A stretch of 64,000 nt of DNA, taken from NCBI GenBank assembly GCA_019912545.1, contig JAIOIK010000147.1, forward strand, positions 7,747 through 71,746. Reading direction: 5' to 3'. Position 1 is the first letter of the stretch. Every line of letters begins with the position of its first letter. The position numbers and the translations under genes were made by a program. Origin of the DNA: Ignavibacteria bacterium (lineage in GTDB: Bacteria; Bacteroidota; Ignavibacteria; Tepidaquicellales; OLB5). The notes below the pieces were generated by a model. It did not search any database and was not told the DNA's origin. It saw only the letters and a list, made by a program, of their open reading frames with translations. This document shows, piece by piece, positions 49,187 through 59,400 of the stretch.

Positions 49187-49720
49187 ATGAGAAAGCTTAC
49201 ACACGAAGAAGTAGGGAAAAAGCGGACACCGCTTGAGGTTTTAAAAAGCGTTAAAAGGCATCCTGTTTATGTTATTTGCGATAACATTAGGAGTATCTTT
49301 AATGTAGGTTCTATTTTCAGGACAAGTGATGCTGCGCTTATTGAAAAAATGTATTTGACGGGTTATACTCCATACCCGCCCCGGCCTGAAATTGAAAAAG
49401 TTGCCCTTGGCGCAACTGAGGCCGTACCGTGGGAGTTTGTGAAAGATCCGCTTGATGCCATAAAGAAACTTAAGCAAAAGGGAGTGAAGATCGTGCCTTT
49501 GGAAATCACAGAAAACAGCCGAAGCTATACGGAAATCAGTTCAAATGATTTTCCTATATGTCTTGTGCTTGGCAATGAGTTAACGGGAGTCTCTAATGAA
49601 ATAATTAAACAATCCGATTTCTCGCTTGAAATACCGCAATACGGGTTTAAACATTCAATAAATGTTTCGGTTGCTTACGGAATTGCTGTAATGGAGCTTG
49701 TAAAGGTATTCAGGTTATAG
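49187..49720 (+). CDS. TrmH/SpoU-family RNA 2-prime-O-methyltransferase
   Basis: SpoU motifs NVGSIFRT, LVLGNELTGVS, IPQYGFKHSINVSVAYGIA. Confidence 0.8.
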   Translation: MRKLTHEEVGKKRTPLEVLKSVKRHPVYVICDNIRSIFNVGSIFRTSDAALIEKMYLTGYTPYPPRPEIEKVALGATEAVPWEFVKDPLDAIKKLKQKGVKIVPLEITENSRSYTEISSNDFPICLVLGNELTGVSNEIIKQSDFSLEIPQYGFKHSINVSVAYGIAVMELVKVFRL

Positions 49721-49725
49721 TTCAT

Positions 49726-51294
49726 TTAAGCCGAATAAACTTCTTCGCCGTTCAAATATGTTTTATACACCCTTGCTTTGGAAATATCATCCGATTCCAT
49801 TTCAAAGAGATCATCATCCATGATCACAAAATCCGCAACTTTCCCTTTTGAGATACTTCCTACGGCGTTATCATTATTGTTTGAGTATGCATTATTGATC
49901 GTGTAACATTTAATGCAATCATTTAAAGTTAAGCAAAGCTCCGGAGTGAACGATCCATTTACGATTTTCCGGGTTGCAGCTATTCGCAAATTCTCAAATG
50001 GATCTACTTCAACTATTGGGAAATCGGTGCCAAAATTAATAATCCCGCCGGCTTTAATTATATTGAGATAGTTATGTGTATTCCCAATGAGTGACTCAGG
50101 AAGTTTCCCGTAAACCGTACGCGCATCATACTTTAAGTGCAGGGGTTGAACTGAAGCCATTACACCAAGTTTCCCAAATCTTTCAATATCGCTATCTGAT
50201 ACATGCTGCGCATGTTCTATCCTGTGCCTGAGTTTCTTTGTATTTGGCAGTGATTCATAAAGGTCAAGTACATCCTTCACAGCCAGATCACCTATTGCAT
50301 GAATTATCATCTGCATATTTGCAGAATCAATCTGTTTAGCGAGATCATATACCCTGCCGGAAGTGACCATTTCAGTTTTATAGCCGTTATGATCTCTTCC
50401 CTTATAATTCTGACTGAATAGTGCCGTTTCCGAACCCAGTGCGCCATCCCAAAATGCTTTAAATCCGCTTATTGAAAAGTAATCCTGATCTATTTCTTTT
50501 GTTCTGTTTAAATGATGCTCGAAATTATTGAATTCATCGAACGGGATATAGGAGTTTATCCTTAGCTTCAGCTTATTCTGCATGTACAGTTCAACAAAAA
50601 CATCTAAGTCAACAGGCAGGGTTATATCACTTACCGAGGTGATACCATATGAATGCAGTACATCAATGAATTCTTCTGCTGCCTGAACTTTTCCATGCAT
50701 AGTTGGAACGGGCAAAGCAGAAATAACATTTTCAAGGGCTTTTTCCCGTATAATGCCGTTTGGCTTTCCCTGAACCCTTTGAATTTCCTCACCTGTAAAC
50801 TCATCTAATTTCCCGGAGAGTCCGCTAAGCTCCAGCGCTTTAGTATTGCAGATTGCCGAATGGTAATCATAATTAGTAATGTATAACGGTAGATCAGAAA
50901 AGAGGTCATCTGCTATGTTTTCTGTAGTGCCACCTATCCCATAGCCTGCAAGGACCTTATTCATATCAAGATTGCCGCCAATTATCCATTTTGGGGCATT
51001 CGACTGATTATACTCTTTTACTGCGGACTTAAGTTCCTCAATGCTGTTGATATGAGTGCAATCAAGCAGTCTTCTCATCAAAGAACCCTTAACAAGATGG
51101 AGGTGTCCATCGATAAGACCGGGGATTACAAGTTTTCCTTTAAGATCGATAATCTCACTGTAGGAGTTAGCTTTTGCTTTTGCTTCTGAATCATTTCCAA
51201 CAAGATCAAAGTGGCTGTTATTAACTCCAAAGGCCTCTGAAAATGATCCATCCGCCTGCCAAACTTTTCCGTTTATGAAAAGCAGGCTTTTCAC
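49726..51294 (-). CDS. Amidohydrolase-family metal-dependent hydrolase (Amidohydro_3-like)
   Basis: PGLIDGHLHL metal-binding start, downstream HAIGD and EHAQH motifs, C-terminal GK.ADFV. Confidence 0.8.
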   Translation of the reverse strand: MKSLLFINGKVWQADGSFSEAFGVNNSHFDLVGNDSEAKAKANSYSEIIDLKGKLVIPGLIDGHLHLVKGSLMRRLLDCTHINSIEELKSAVKEYNQSNAPKWIIGGNLDMNKVLAGYGIGGTTENIADDLFSDLPLYITNYDYHSAICNTKALELSGLSGKLDEFTGEEIQRVQGKPNGIIREKALENVISALPVPTMHGKVQAAEEFIDVLHSYGITSVSDITLPVDLDVFVELYMQNKLKLRINSYIPFDEFNNFEHHLNRTKEIDQDYFSISGFKAFWDGALGSETALFSQNYKGRDHNGYKTEMVTSGRVYDLAKQIDSANMQMIIHAIGDLAVKDVLDLYESLPNTKKLRHRIEHAQHVSDSDIERFGKLGVMASVQPLHLKYDARTVYGKLPESLIGNTHNYLNIIKAGGIINFGTDFPIVEVDPFENLRIAATRKIVNGSFTPELCLTLNDCIKCYTINNAYSNNNDNAVGSISKGKVADFVIMDDDLFEMESDDISKARVYKTYLNGEEVYSA

Positions 51295-52289
51295 TTCTCT
51301 TCCTTTAAGTCACGCGTCATCAGGATTTCTGTAGCATGATAAGGATCTTTGCCAAGGAAGAGTACCTTGTAAACCTGTTCAATGATAGGAAGCTCAACGC
51401 CAATTTTTTTAGCAAGCTGGTGAGTGGATTCAGTTGTAGCAACGCCCTCGGCTACCATTTTCATTTCAGCAAGAACCTGTTTTAGCTTTTTTCCTTTGCC
51501 AACTTCTTCACCTACAAAGCGGTTCCTTGAAAGCCTGCTCATGCATGTAACGATCAAATCGCCAATACCTGAGAGCCCTATAAATGTACTTTCATGGGCG
51601 CCAAGTTTCATTCCAAGCCTTGTGATCTCTCTTATTCCTCGCGTCATTATTGCAGCTTTGGTATTATCACCAAATCCGGCGCCGTCAGCAATGCCTGCTG
51701 CAATTGCAATTACATTTTTCAGTGCGCCGCCAAGCTCAACTCCAATTATATCACTGCTTCTGTATGCCCTGAAATATTTATTTGAAAATGCTTTTTGAAC
51801 TATATGGGCGTTCTCTTCATCAACTGAAGCGGCAACAACTGCTGTGGGGATCTTTTTAGCAACCTCTTCTGCATGTGAAGGCCCTGAAAGCACAACAATG
51901 TTCCTTTTGCCGATCTTAGGAAACACATCTTCAAAGATCTGCGAGACAGTCATTAGGCTGTGGTTTTCAATTCCTTTTGATACACTCAGAATTATCCGGT
52001 TAGAAAAATCAATGTTTTTGATTGGTTCAATTGCTCCTCGGATATACTGGGTTGGTGTAGCTACAACAATAATATCTTTACCCTTAACCGCCTCATCAAG
52101 ATCGCTTGTTATATGGATTTTTTCGGGGATCATGACCTTGGGCAGGTAATAAAAATTCTCGCGGAACTCGTCCAAAGTATGGGCATATTCACGGTCATAC
52201 TCCCAAAGGGTAACTTTATTCCTGTTCTGCTGAAGAACTATAGCAAGTGCAGTTCCCCAGCCCCCGGCTCCAAGTATGCATATATTCAT
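51291..52289 (-). CDS. gpsA: NAD(P)H-dependent glycerol-3-phosphate dehydrogenase
   Basis: MNICILGAGGWGTALA Rossmann start at 52289. GPSHAEEV and GALKNVIAIAAG blocks. The track start at 52367 adds 26 residues that read through a palindromic repeat. Confidence 0.9.
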   Translation of the reverse strand: MNICILGAGGWGTALAIVLQQNRNKVTLWEYDREYAHTLDEFRENFYYLPKVMIPEKIHITSDLDEAVKGKDIIVVATPTQYIRGAIEPIKNIDFSNRIILSVSKGIENHSLMTVSQIFEDVFPKIGKRNIVVLSGPSHAEEVAKKIPTAVVAASVDEENAHIVQKAFSNKYFRAYRSSDIIGVELGGALKNVIAIAAGIADGAGFGDNTKAAIMTRGIREITRLGMKLGAHESTFIGLSGIGDLIVTCMSRLSRNRFVGEEVGKGKKLKQVLAEMKMVAEGVATTESTHQLAKKIGVELPIIEQVYKVLFLGKDPYHATEILMTRDLKEEK

Positions 52290-52353
52290 AGATGCAAATT
52301 TATCTATAAATATTAATTTAAAAAATGTTAAATGATAGGGGTCATTGCGCCTT

Positions 52354-52379
52354 GAACAAGGGGGCATGCCCCCGAGTTC
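52354..52379. repeat. GAACAAGGGGGCATGCCCCCGAGTTC palindrome (dispersed family, copy 2)
   Basis: Its first 20 nt are identical to the 44191 copy. It lies between the 527-aa gene stop and the gpsA start. Confidence 0.9.
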
Positions 52380-52415
52380 TTATGAAGGATCGGAAAATTG
52401 AGAACTAAATGTTGT

Positions 52416-53999
52416 TTAAATTGCCCTGCGCAGGGATTTATCCAGTGAGCTGATCTTGCACAGCAGCCAGCCCCTGTTTTCAATGTTTTTGGATTTCTGG
52501 ATCTGCAGCCTTAAGGAAGTAAGATCGGTCTTTGTTCGGCTGTTATGATAGTTTACAAGTTTTATAGCTGCCCTGGTGAAGTTCTCCTGCGCCTGACGCC
52601 TGGAGTCAGAGAGCATTAAGTTCTCTTTTACATATTTTTTATGGGCAAAGGCTGCAGAAAGGGCCGCTTCGTAGTTTTCGGTCTCATAATAGATCTTAAA
52701 ATACATATTGCGAATATCAAGGTGATAGCTGAATTCCTCTGTGTTGATCTTACTGAGGTATTTTAGTGATTCATCATATGCACGGCGCTCAAAATTCAGC
52801 AGAGCATAGCTGTAGCTTATGATCTCTTTTTTCCTGTTCGGGTGCAGCAGCCTTGAGTAATCCTGTATAAACTGTTCCATCCATCCAAGTTCGTTCATCT
52901 TTGCGGATTGAATCAGTATATTCCTGTACAGATCAACCGGAACGTATTTATTGGCTTCAGTTTCAAAATATTTCTTTTCAACAATGATCTTATATATGCT
53001 GAATAGCTCACTATCATAGTAAGTGTCCTGCTTAGCGGAATTCATGTTTTTCGTGATACAATATCCGGCAAGCCTTCCGAATAAAAAGTGATTATCTGTA
53101 AGGCTAAGGCTTTCCTGGTATTTATACAGCGAATTCCGGAGCTGCTTGTAATAGAAATCATTATCAAAATATAAAAATGCTTTCAGGGTATTAAGGTAAA
53201 CTTCAATAATATGACTTCCGATCATTTTATTAGCGCGCATGAATATCTCGAGCCTTTGGAAATCAAAAAGTTTGATAAACTGGTTAATGAACTTCTCGTT
53301 GTATTTAATATTAAAAGTGCGCGAGTATGTAAGCAGGGTATCATTATGCTTAATGGCTTCCAGCATGAAGAAACTTATCAGGTATGTAATGCCGCTTATA
53401 AGCTTGCTTGCTTCAGTGGTAACAAAATTCTTTTTTGTGATCTTATCCTTTATCATGCCAAAATAGAAATCGTCAGTTTTCAGGCGGAAGCGGTTAAGGC
53501 AAAGATCACTATCTATGTATTGCATGGAGTCCAGCAGCCGTGAAGTTTCTTTCATATTCCTATCGAACATCTTTGATGAACCCCTGCCGGCGAGCTCTTC
53601 GATAAGGAAAATCCCTGCATCGGCTGTTTTTCTTTCAAAATGAGTCTGAGCCATGAACTTCTCTGAGAGCTTTTGCAGGTCAAATAACAGGCGGCGCATT
53701 GTGATTTCATTGTATGCCAGCCCCGTGCCGATCTTTTTATGAAGAAATTCTTTTGAAAGCTTTGGATTATCGAAATTCGGGTAAAATTTTATGATATTAT
53801 CATACAGTTTTACAACTTTTTCGCTGCGGTTGAAGTAGGGAGAGAGCAAAAATCTTCTGAATGATTTTAATTCATCTCTTGTAAGGGATTCAAGAATTTC
53901 AAGAAACGCACATTCCAGCACAATTACCAGATTTATTTGAACAATTATAAGCAACTTTGATCTTAGTAACAATACCATAAATAGTCTAATAATATGCAA
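52416..53999 (-). CDS. Large all-alpha (TPR-like) hypothetical protein
   Basis: Long uninterrupted ORF rich in Y/F/K/L helical repeats. A plausible true start is the internal in-frame GTG near 53921 (MLECAFLEILESL...). No catalytic motif recognised. Confidence 0.5.
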   Translation of the reverse strand: MHIIRLFMVLLLRSKLLIIVQINLVIVLECAFLEILESLTRDELKSFRRFLLSPYFNRSEKVVKLYDNIIKFYPNFDNPKLSKEFLHKKIGTGLAYNEITMRRLLFDLQKLSEKFMAQTHFERKTADAGIFLIEELAGRGSSKMFDRNMKETSRLLDSMQYIDSDLCLNRFRLKTDDFYFGMIKDKITKKNFVTTEASKLISGITYLISFFMLEAIKHNDTLLTYSRTFNIKYNEKFINQFIKLFDFQRLEIFMRANKMIGSHIIEVYLNTLKAFLYFDNDFYYKQLRNSLYKYQESLSLTDNHFLFGRLAGYCITKNMNSAKQDTYYDSELFSIYKIIVEKKYFETEANKYVPVDLYRNILIQSAKMNELGWMEQFIQDYSRLLHPNRKKEIISYSYALLNFERRAYDESLKYLSKINTEEFSYHLDIRNMYFKIYYETENYEAALSAAFAHKKYVKENLMLSDSRRQAQENFTRAAIKLVNYHNSRTKTDLTSLRLQIQKSKNIENRGWLLCKISSLDKSLRRAI

Positions 54000-54156
54000 A
54001 AATATGCATAATTTGGCGGGTTAGACCTGATTTAGCAGAAAAATCAAGCAACTTTGTTCATAAATTGTATCAGCAGGGCCATATTTGAATGATTATGTTA
54101 GTGAAGCAGTAATTTAATAAGTCACCCTAAACATTAATTCAAAAGAAAATAAAAAA

Positions 54157-54372
54157 ATGAAAACATTAGTAATAGCAATTGCGCTTACAATCAGTCTTGG
54201 TCTTGGATTTAATTCACTTACAGCAGAAAGCAGCACTCAGCAGGTTCAGATCTCCGATGATGACCATGCAGGCTGGACATACATCAGGGTATTTGAAGAC
54301 GGAGCAATTTGGGTATATGTTATGGATGAAGACGGAATTTTTGTAACAAAATATCTTGAACAGCAGAATTGA
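54157..54372 (+). CDS. Small secreted hypothetical protein (71 aa)
   Basis: Clear signal peptide (MKTLVIAIALTISLGLGFNSLTA). No motif recognised. Confidence 0.4.
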   Translation: MKTLVIAIALTISLGLGFNSLTAESSTQQVQISDDDHAGWTYIRVFEDGAIWVYVMDEDGIFVTKYLEQQN

Positions 54373-54547
54373 ATTAGCAGTTTGATTTTCGGTAATTGAT
54401 ATCACGGATGAGTCTTAAGGTAATTCAGATTACCTGAAGATTAACGGACGCGCCCGAAATAATACCTAGCAAAAATAGGGTCCCTTATTTTGATGCCAAA
54501 GAGCAATGAATGAATAGTCCATTGCTCTTTTCTATGTATTTCAGATT

Positions 54548-54579
54548 ACAAAAGTCTCTAAGACTTTTGTAGTCTTTTT
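54548..54579 (+). repeat. Hairpin ACAAAAGTCT CTA AGACTTTTGT + AGTCTTTTT (terminator-like; repeat family 3, copy 1)
   Basis: Perfect 10-bp stem. It shares the exact 16-mer CTTTTGTAGTCTTTTT and a flanking AAAGTCT..AAG with 59637-59666. Confidence 0.7.
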
Positions 54580-54616
54580 CCCCGCTGTTGGTCTTGTGAC
54601 CAACAGCTTATGTTCT

Positions 54617-54711
54617 TTGTTGGTGATTCCGCTCCACGGGTCAACGACTCGAAGGAGTCGTGGACAAGCGGGATTTCATCCGGCTTGTGCAGGATTCAAC
54701 AACACCAACAA
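54617..54711 (+). repeat. 95-nt nested-hairpin element closed by TTGTTGGTG / CACCAACAA
   Basis: The outer 9-bp stem (54617-25 / 54703-11) encloses ACGACTC GAAG GAGTCGT, ACAAGC...GCTTGT and the shared core CAAGCGGGATTTCATCC. Confidence 0.65.
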
Positions 54712-54903
54712 CGGGATCAAAACCAATTGTCTTGCTTCTGCATGACCTAAGTCATTTTATTCGCTCACATCATGTATTATATTTGAAACAGATCTCCAAC
54801 AATGTTTAACGGTATAATTATGTTTTGTTTTTTTGCAAAAAACATAATATTTAGTTAATAAACTACTAGGCTCTTGCTGAAATATTAACTTTTAATTAAA
54901 ATT

Positions 54904-56394
54904 ATGAAACCCGAAAACTTTAAAATATACAAACCTGAAAGATATTTGATGAAGATAATACTTTTTTTTGTTGTTTTTAGTTCATTTTCAGTACTGAGTA
55001 CTTGGGATTCTTACAGTCAGACAATTACATGGCAAAAAGTTCTGAATAACAATTATGGTGATATTCAAAAAATTCAACAAACAAGAGATCAAGGTTATGT
55101 AGCAGTGGGAAATGAAAGAATTAGTAATCAGAATAAGATTTACTTAGTCAAGTTAGATAAATTTGGTAATGTACTTTGGGCAAGAATAATTGGGATAGGA
55201 GAAAATCAAGGAAATTGGGTTGAACAAACAATTGATGGTGGTTACATTATTGGAGGAGCAACTGATACTAATAGTTTTGATTCATATGCATATCTACAAA
55301 AAACAGATTCTGCAGGAAGTATGCAATGGCAGAAGCTATTCCATAATTCTGATTTGGACCAATGTTACTGTGTAAGGCAAACACCTGATGGGGGATATAT
55401 ACTTTCCTGCAGAACAACTCCTGTAATGGGAAACGTCATTTGGTATATCAAAACAGATTCAACGGGCAATCTGCAATGGCAAAAGATATATTCAAATAGT
55501 TTAAGTGTTCTTATGCGGGAGATCGAAATATTAAATGATGGATATATTGCAGTTGGAACTATGGGTATTGCAGCAAATGCGGATATGTATGTTATGAGGC
55601 TAAATTTATCAGGTGATACAATATGGACAAAGCATTATGGCGGCGCTGAATCTGACGGTGGTAGATCTATTGATTTGATTTCAAATTGCGGTTTTGTTTT
55701 GGCAGGATCTTCCAAATCTTTCAATCTTAACAACAAAGTGCAATCTTATATAGTTAGAATTGATAATTCTGGCAATATAATTTGGCAAAATACATATTCA
55801 AATAACGGTGATGAAGGCTGCTTTTCTATCAGGTTTAAACCAGGTACAGGATATTTATTGGCTGGAGATTCGGATTCATTGAATAACTATAATTTCTTAG
55901 GAAAAGTTCGACTCATAGACACAAATGGAAAAAGATTATATGAAAATTCTTTTACAGGAAGTGATGATGGTTCTTTATTCTTTTCAGGAGGGTTATGCAA
56001 TGATGGCGGTTTCATATTAGGCGGTATGACAACTTTTACGGGTGGGTTCCCTAAGATGTATATTGTTAAAACTGATTCACTCTTACATTCTTCTCCAATT
56101 GGGATAATTAACATAAGTAATCAAACACCAAAGAGTTTTAAGCTATATCAAAATTTCCCTAACCCGTTTAATCCTTCAACGAATATTAATTTTGAAATTC
56201 TTCATAGAACTAAAGCAAGGATTGTAATTTATGATTTGCTGGGAAAGGTCATAGATATTTATGCATTTGAGAATCTTAATCCTGGGAAATATCAAATAAA
56301 TTGGAATGCAATAAAATATTCAAGTGGTATTTATTTTTATACACTAATAGCTCAAAATTATAATGAAACCCGAAAAATGCTGCTTCTGAAATAA
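54904..56394 (+). CDS. T9SS cargo protein with about seven propeller-like G(G)Y/W-x-K repeats
   Basis: Repeats DQGYVAVG, DGGYIIGG, DGGYILSC, NDGYIAVG, NCGFVLAG, GTGYLLAG, DGGFILGG, each followed by a (L/I)(Q)W(Q/T)K motif. Tail LYQNFPNPFNPSTNINF...GIYFYTLIAQNYNETRKMLLLK. Confidence 0.7.
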   Translation: MKPENFKIYKPERYLMKIILFFVVFSSFSVLSTWDSYSQTITWQKVLNNNYGDIQKIQQTRDQGYVAVGNERISNQNKIYLVKLDKFGNVLWARIIGIGENQGNWVEQTIDGGYIIGGATDTNSFDSYAYLQKTDSAGSMQWQKLFHNSDLDQCYCVRQTPDGGYILSCRTTPVMGNVIWYIKTDSTGNLQWQKIYSNSLSVLMREIEILNDGYIAVGTMGIAANADMYVMRLNLSGDTIWTKHYGGAESDGGRSIDLISNCGFVLAGSSKSFNLNNKVQSYIVRIDNSGNIIWQNTYSNNGDEGCFSIRFKPGTGYLLAGDSDSLNNYNFLGKVRLIDTNGKRLYENSFTGSDDGSLFFSGGLCNDGGFILGGMTTFTGGFPKMYIVKTDSLLHSSPIGIINISNQTPKSFKLYQNFPNPFNPSTNINFEILHRTKARIVIYDLLGKVIDIYAFENLNPGKYQINWNAIKYSSGIYFYTLIAQNYNETRKMLLLK

Positions 56395-56433
56395 TAAGCA
56401 TCTTTTACTAACAAAACCCAAAATGGAGGCATT

Positions 56434-59400
56434 ATGAAAACATTATTTTCTTTATTAACAATTCTATTTTTATCATTCTCAAATTATGTTTATTCAGATG
56501 ATGAAGAAAGACATACGAACGAACTTGAGATTGCTAATTGGTCCAGCAGCATCATTCGTGTGGACGTCTATCCTGTCGGTACAGTTTTTAATGGCGATAA
56601 ACTATATAAATTAAGATGTAAGAACCCATATTCTGAAAACTATGATTATATAATTGGAGGTAGCAACCTGAATGTTCCGCCAGAAGCAAAAGCCTCTCTA
56701 AATCATGATGCATCGCAAGGTGGAACTGATATTAACACTGGTGCGATTGGTTATGGAAAGTACAGAATAGACATATATGAAAAGGACGGTAATAACTGGA
56801 ATTACGTTAATTATTGTTTCGCAGATTTTAGTCATTCTAATTATCCTTGGCAAAGTCACCCTTATCTTCAAAATGATATGGCTTTTGAATATAACGGAGA
56901 AGGTGAGATTACTTGTTGGGGATTTCATGATTTGCCTAGTGATAGAACTGTAAAAATATGGGATCAGAGGGATCTTAGTGGAAACCCAAACGCCTATGAA
57001 AACCAGGTAAAAAGTGGTTTCAAAACTTCAAATTCAGAAAATGGAATATGGCTTAACTTTCCATTGGTTGCAACTGATTATGGTGGTGTAAACCATATTA
57101 CACCTGGAGTAGATAACCTGTTCATAGAGGTTCTAAACGGACATACAGCAAATCTAAATTGTTCGAAATCATTTTCGTTGGCTTCTCAAACAATGTTGAA
57201 GATTGTGGGTAATTCTACTAATCAAGGGACAAAATTTTATCTGGGCAGCACAGAAAATAATCCTAATTGCGGCGCATTGTTCACAGCAAGTTCGGGTTCT
57301 CTAATTTGGGTTGGGCAGAATACAGAGTTTATAGCAAGGACCGGAACAATATTAACACTTAATAATCAAAGTAGTGTCAGAATTGATTTAAACAGCAGGC
57401 TGTGGATGAAATCCGGTACTAAACTATGCCTTAATGGTTCTCCCCGGTTTTATGGCCAGGGTTATACAAACGGCGGATTGTTTATACAAGGTATTGTTAG
57501 CCGACTTTGCGGTGATCCGGGAATTAACACACCATTATTTGATGATAGCATCAAAGTCCGTTTGGATACGAATTCAATTCTGGAATTGCCTGATAGTACA
57601 ATTCTAACTTTCAGCGGAAATGAAACTGCACTTTTTTGCGATAGTAGTTCAACTATCAAATTCGGCAAAGGCTCAAAACTTATATTTAAAGATGGAGCAA
57701 GAATAAGTGCAGATAACACAAAATTTGTGAGTTATGATTCGACTGAGTCTTGGGACGGCATTTATATAACCGGTGATAGTTACGATACCTTAAAGAACTG
57801 CACATTTGAAAATGCCGAAAACGGTGTGAATATAGGTAGTTCCGGCTTAAGACCGGGTATCCTGACAACAACTCTGATTACAAACTGTACATTTAATAAC
57901 AGAACAAATACTAAATTCTCAAACCAAGTTTACGTTTACGGCAATAACCCGACCTTAATAAGCGGATGCAATACTGTATCTGATCTTTCTGAAGGCTTTT
58001 CAAACGCTATACTTCTTGAATACTGCGGGGCAGGTTATGTTGTTATTTGCGATAATAACTTTGATAATATTTCATGCGGTATAGCTGCAATACAATCTTC
58101 TCCATATATTGCAAGGAATATTATTGCGTGCCCATCAGGCTCCGGAACAGGTATCTCGCTGGATAACTCAAACGGTACAATTGAATATAATAAGATATAT
58201 AATTTCGAACAGTCAGTTTATTGCCTGTATTCATCGCCATATATGCTTAAAAATACATTAAGCGATGCATCTGAGATGAATCTTTCATTAAATTCTTATT
58301 CAGCCCCGGTTTTGAAGCCTGTAACTGCAGGTTCCATTACGCGCTGGCTTGGAGGTAATAATCTCTTTACAGGAGCACCAAACGGGTCTGCATTTAATTT
58401 TTCAGAGGATTGTGCGCCACTTATGGATTCCGGCTACAATGTCATTTCTGTTAGCGAGGCATATTATATAAGCGCTGAACTATCGGGAGATTTCTATGCA
58501 ACTCTGAATAACTGGTATGATGACCCGCCTGATCCGGATCTATTTGAAACCTCAGGCGGCAGAATAATATATGAACCATACTTTGACGGTACTTCTCTGC
58601 CATCAACAGATTATTTCGAGCTGAATTCTTTGGGCTTTGACTTGTATGACTCTGTTTATGTAAAAGACCTCACTGAAACATCAACAGTTGATTCATACTT
58701 CATGCAGGCATATTTGAAGGAAATGGAAGCAGATTATGCAGATGCAATAGTGAAATATAAATATGTAGTATCAGACTTCAAAACGACATCATATGCACCG
58801 GTATCCATAGCTAGGATATTTGCATGCCTTGAAAAGGCAAATAGCTCTAATAGTGCATTCCAGCAAATTCAGAGTTATTACGCAGGAATTAATTCAGATA
58901 CAGGTAATACTACAACAGTAAGGGAACTTGCAGAGGATTTTATGATAAAATCAAAAGTGAAGCAGGGCATGATAGAAGAAGCAATTAGTGATTACAATGC
59001 GATATATCAGGCAAACACAGGTAACTCAACCGGTGTACATGCACTCCTCAATAAAGCGTGTCTTGAGCATATTCTTTCTTTTGGTGATAATATGTCCAGC
59101 AGTACATCAGGTTATGCGGAACATAAAGGAAAGTTACTTTCCATACTGCTTGGTAAAGAGATAAGAAATAACCATATTTCAATAAATAACACTATACCGG
59201 GTAATTTCAAGCTTTATCAGAACTACCCGAATCCTTTTAATCCTGTTACTTCAATAAAGTACGATATACCGAAAGATAATTTTGTGAATATCAGGATATA
59301 TGACTTGCTCGGCAGGGAAGTATTCTCCTCCGGCGAATTCAAAAAAGCAGGAAGTTATGAAGTTAAGTTTGACGGTACGAACTTTGCTTCAGGTATGTAT

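Noticed and set aside
52290-52367. 26-codon N-terminal extension of gpsA (MPPCSRRNDPY...)
   Set aside because: It reads through the GAACAAGGGGGCATGCCCCC palindrome. The Rossmann fold begins at the ATG at 52289.
54665-54681. Reading GCGGGATTTCATCC as a tRNA T-arm or tRNA fragment
   Set aside because: It lacks the GTTCRANYC T-loop consensus. There is no acceptor, D or anticodon arm geometry around any copy.
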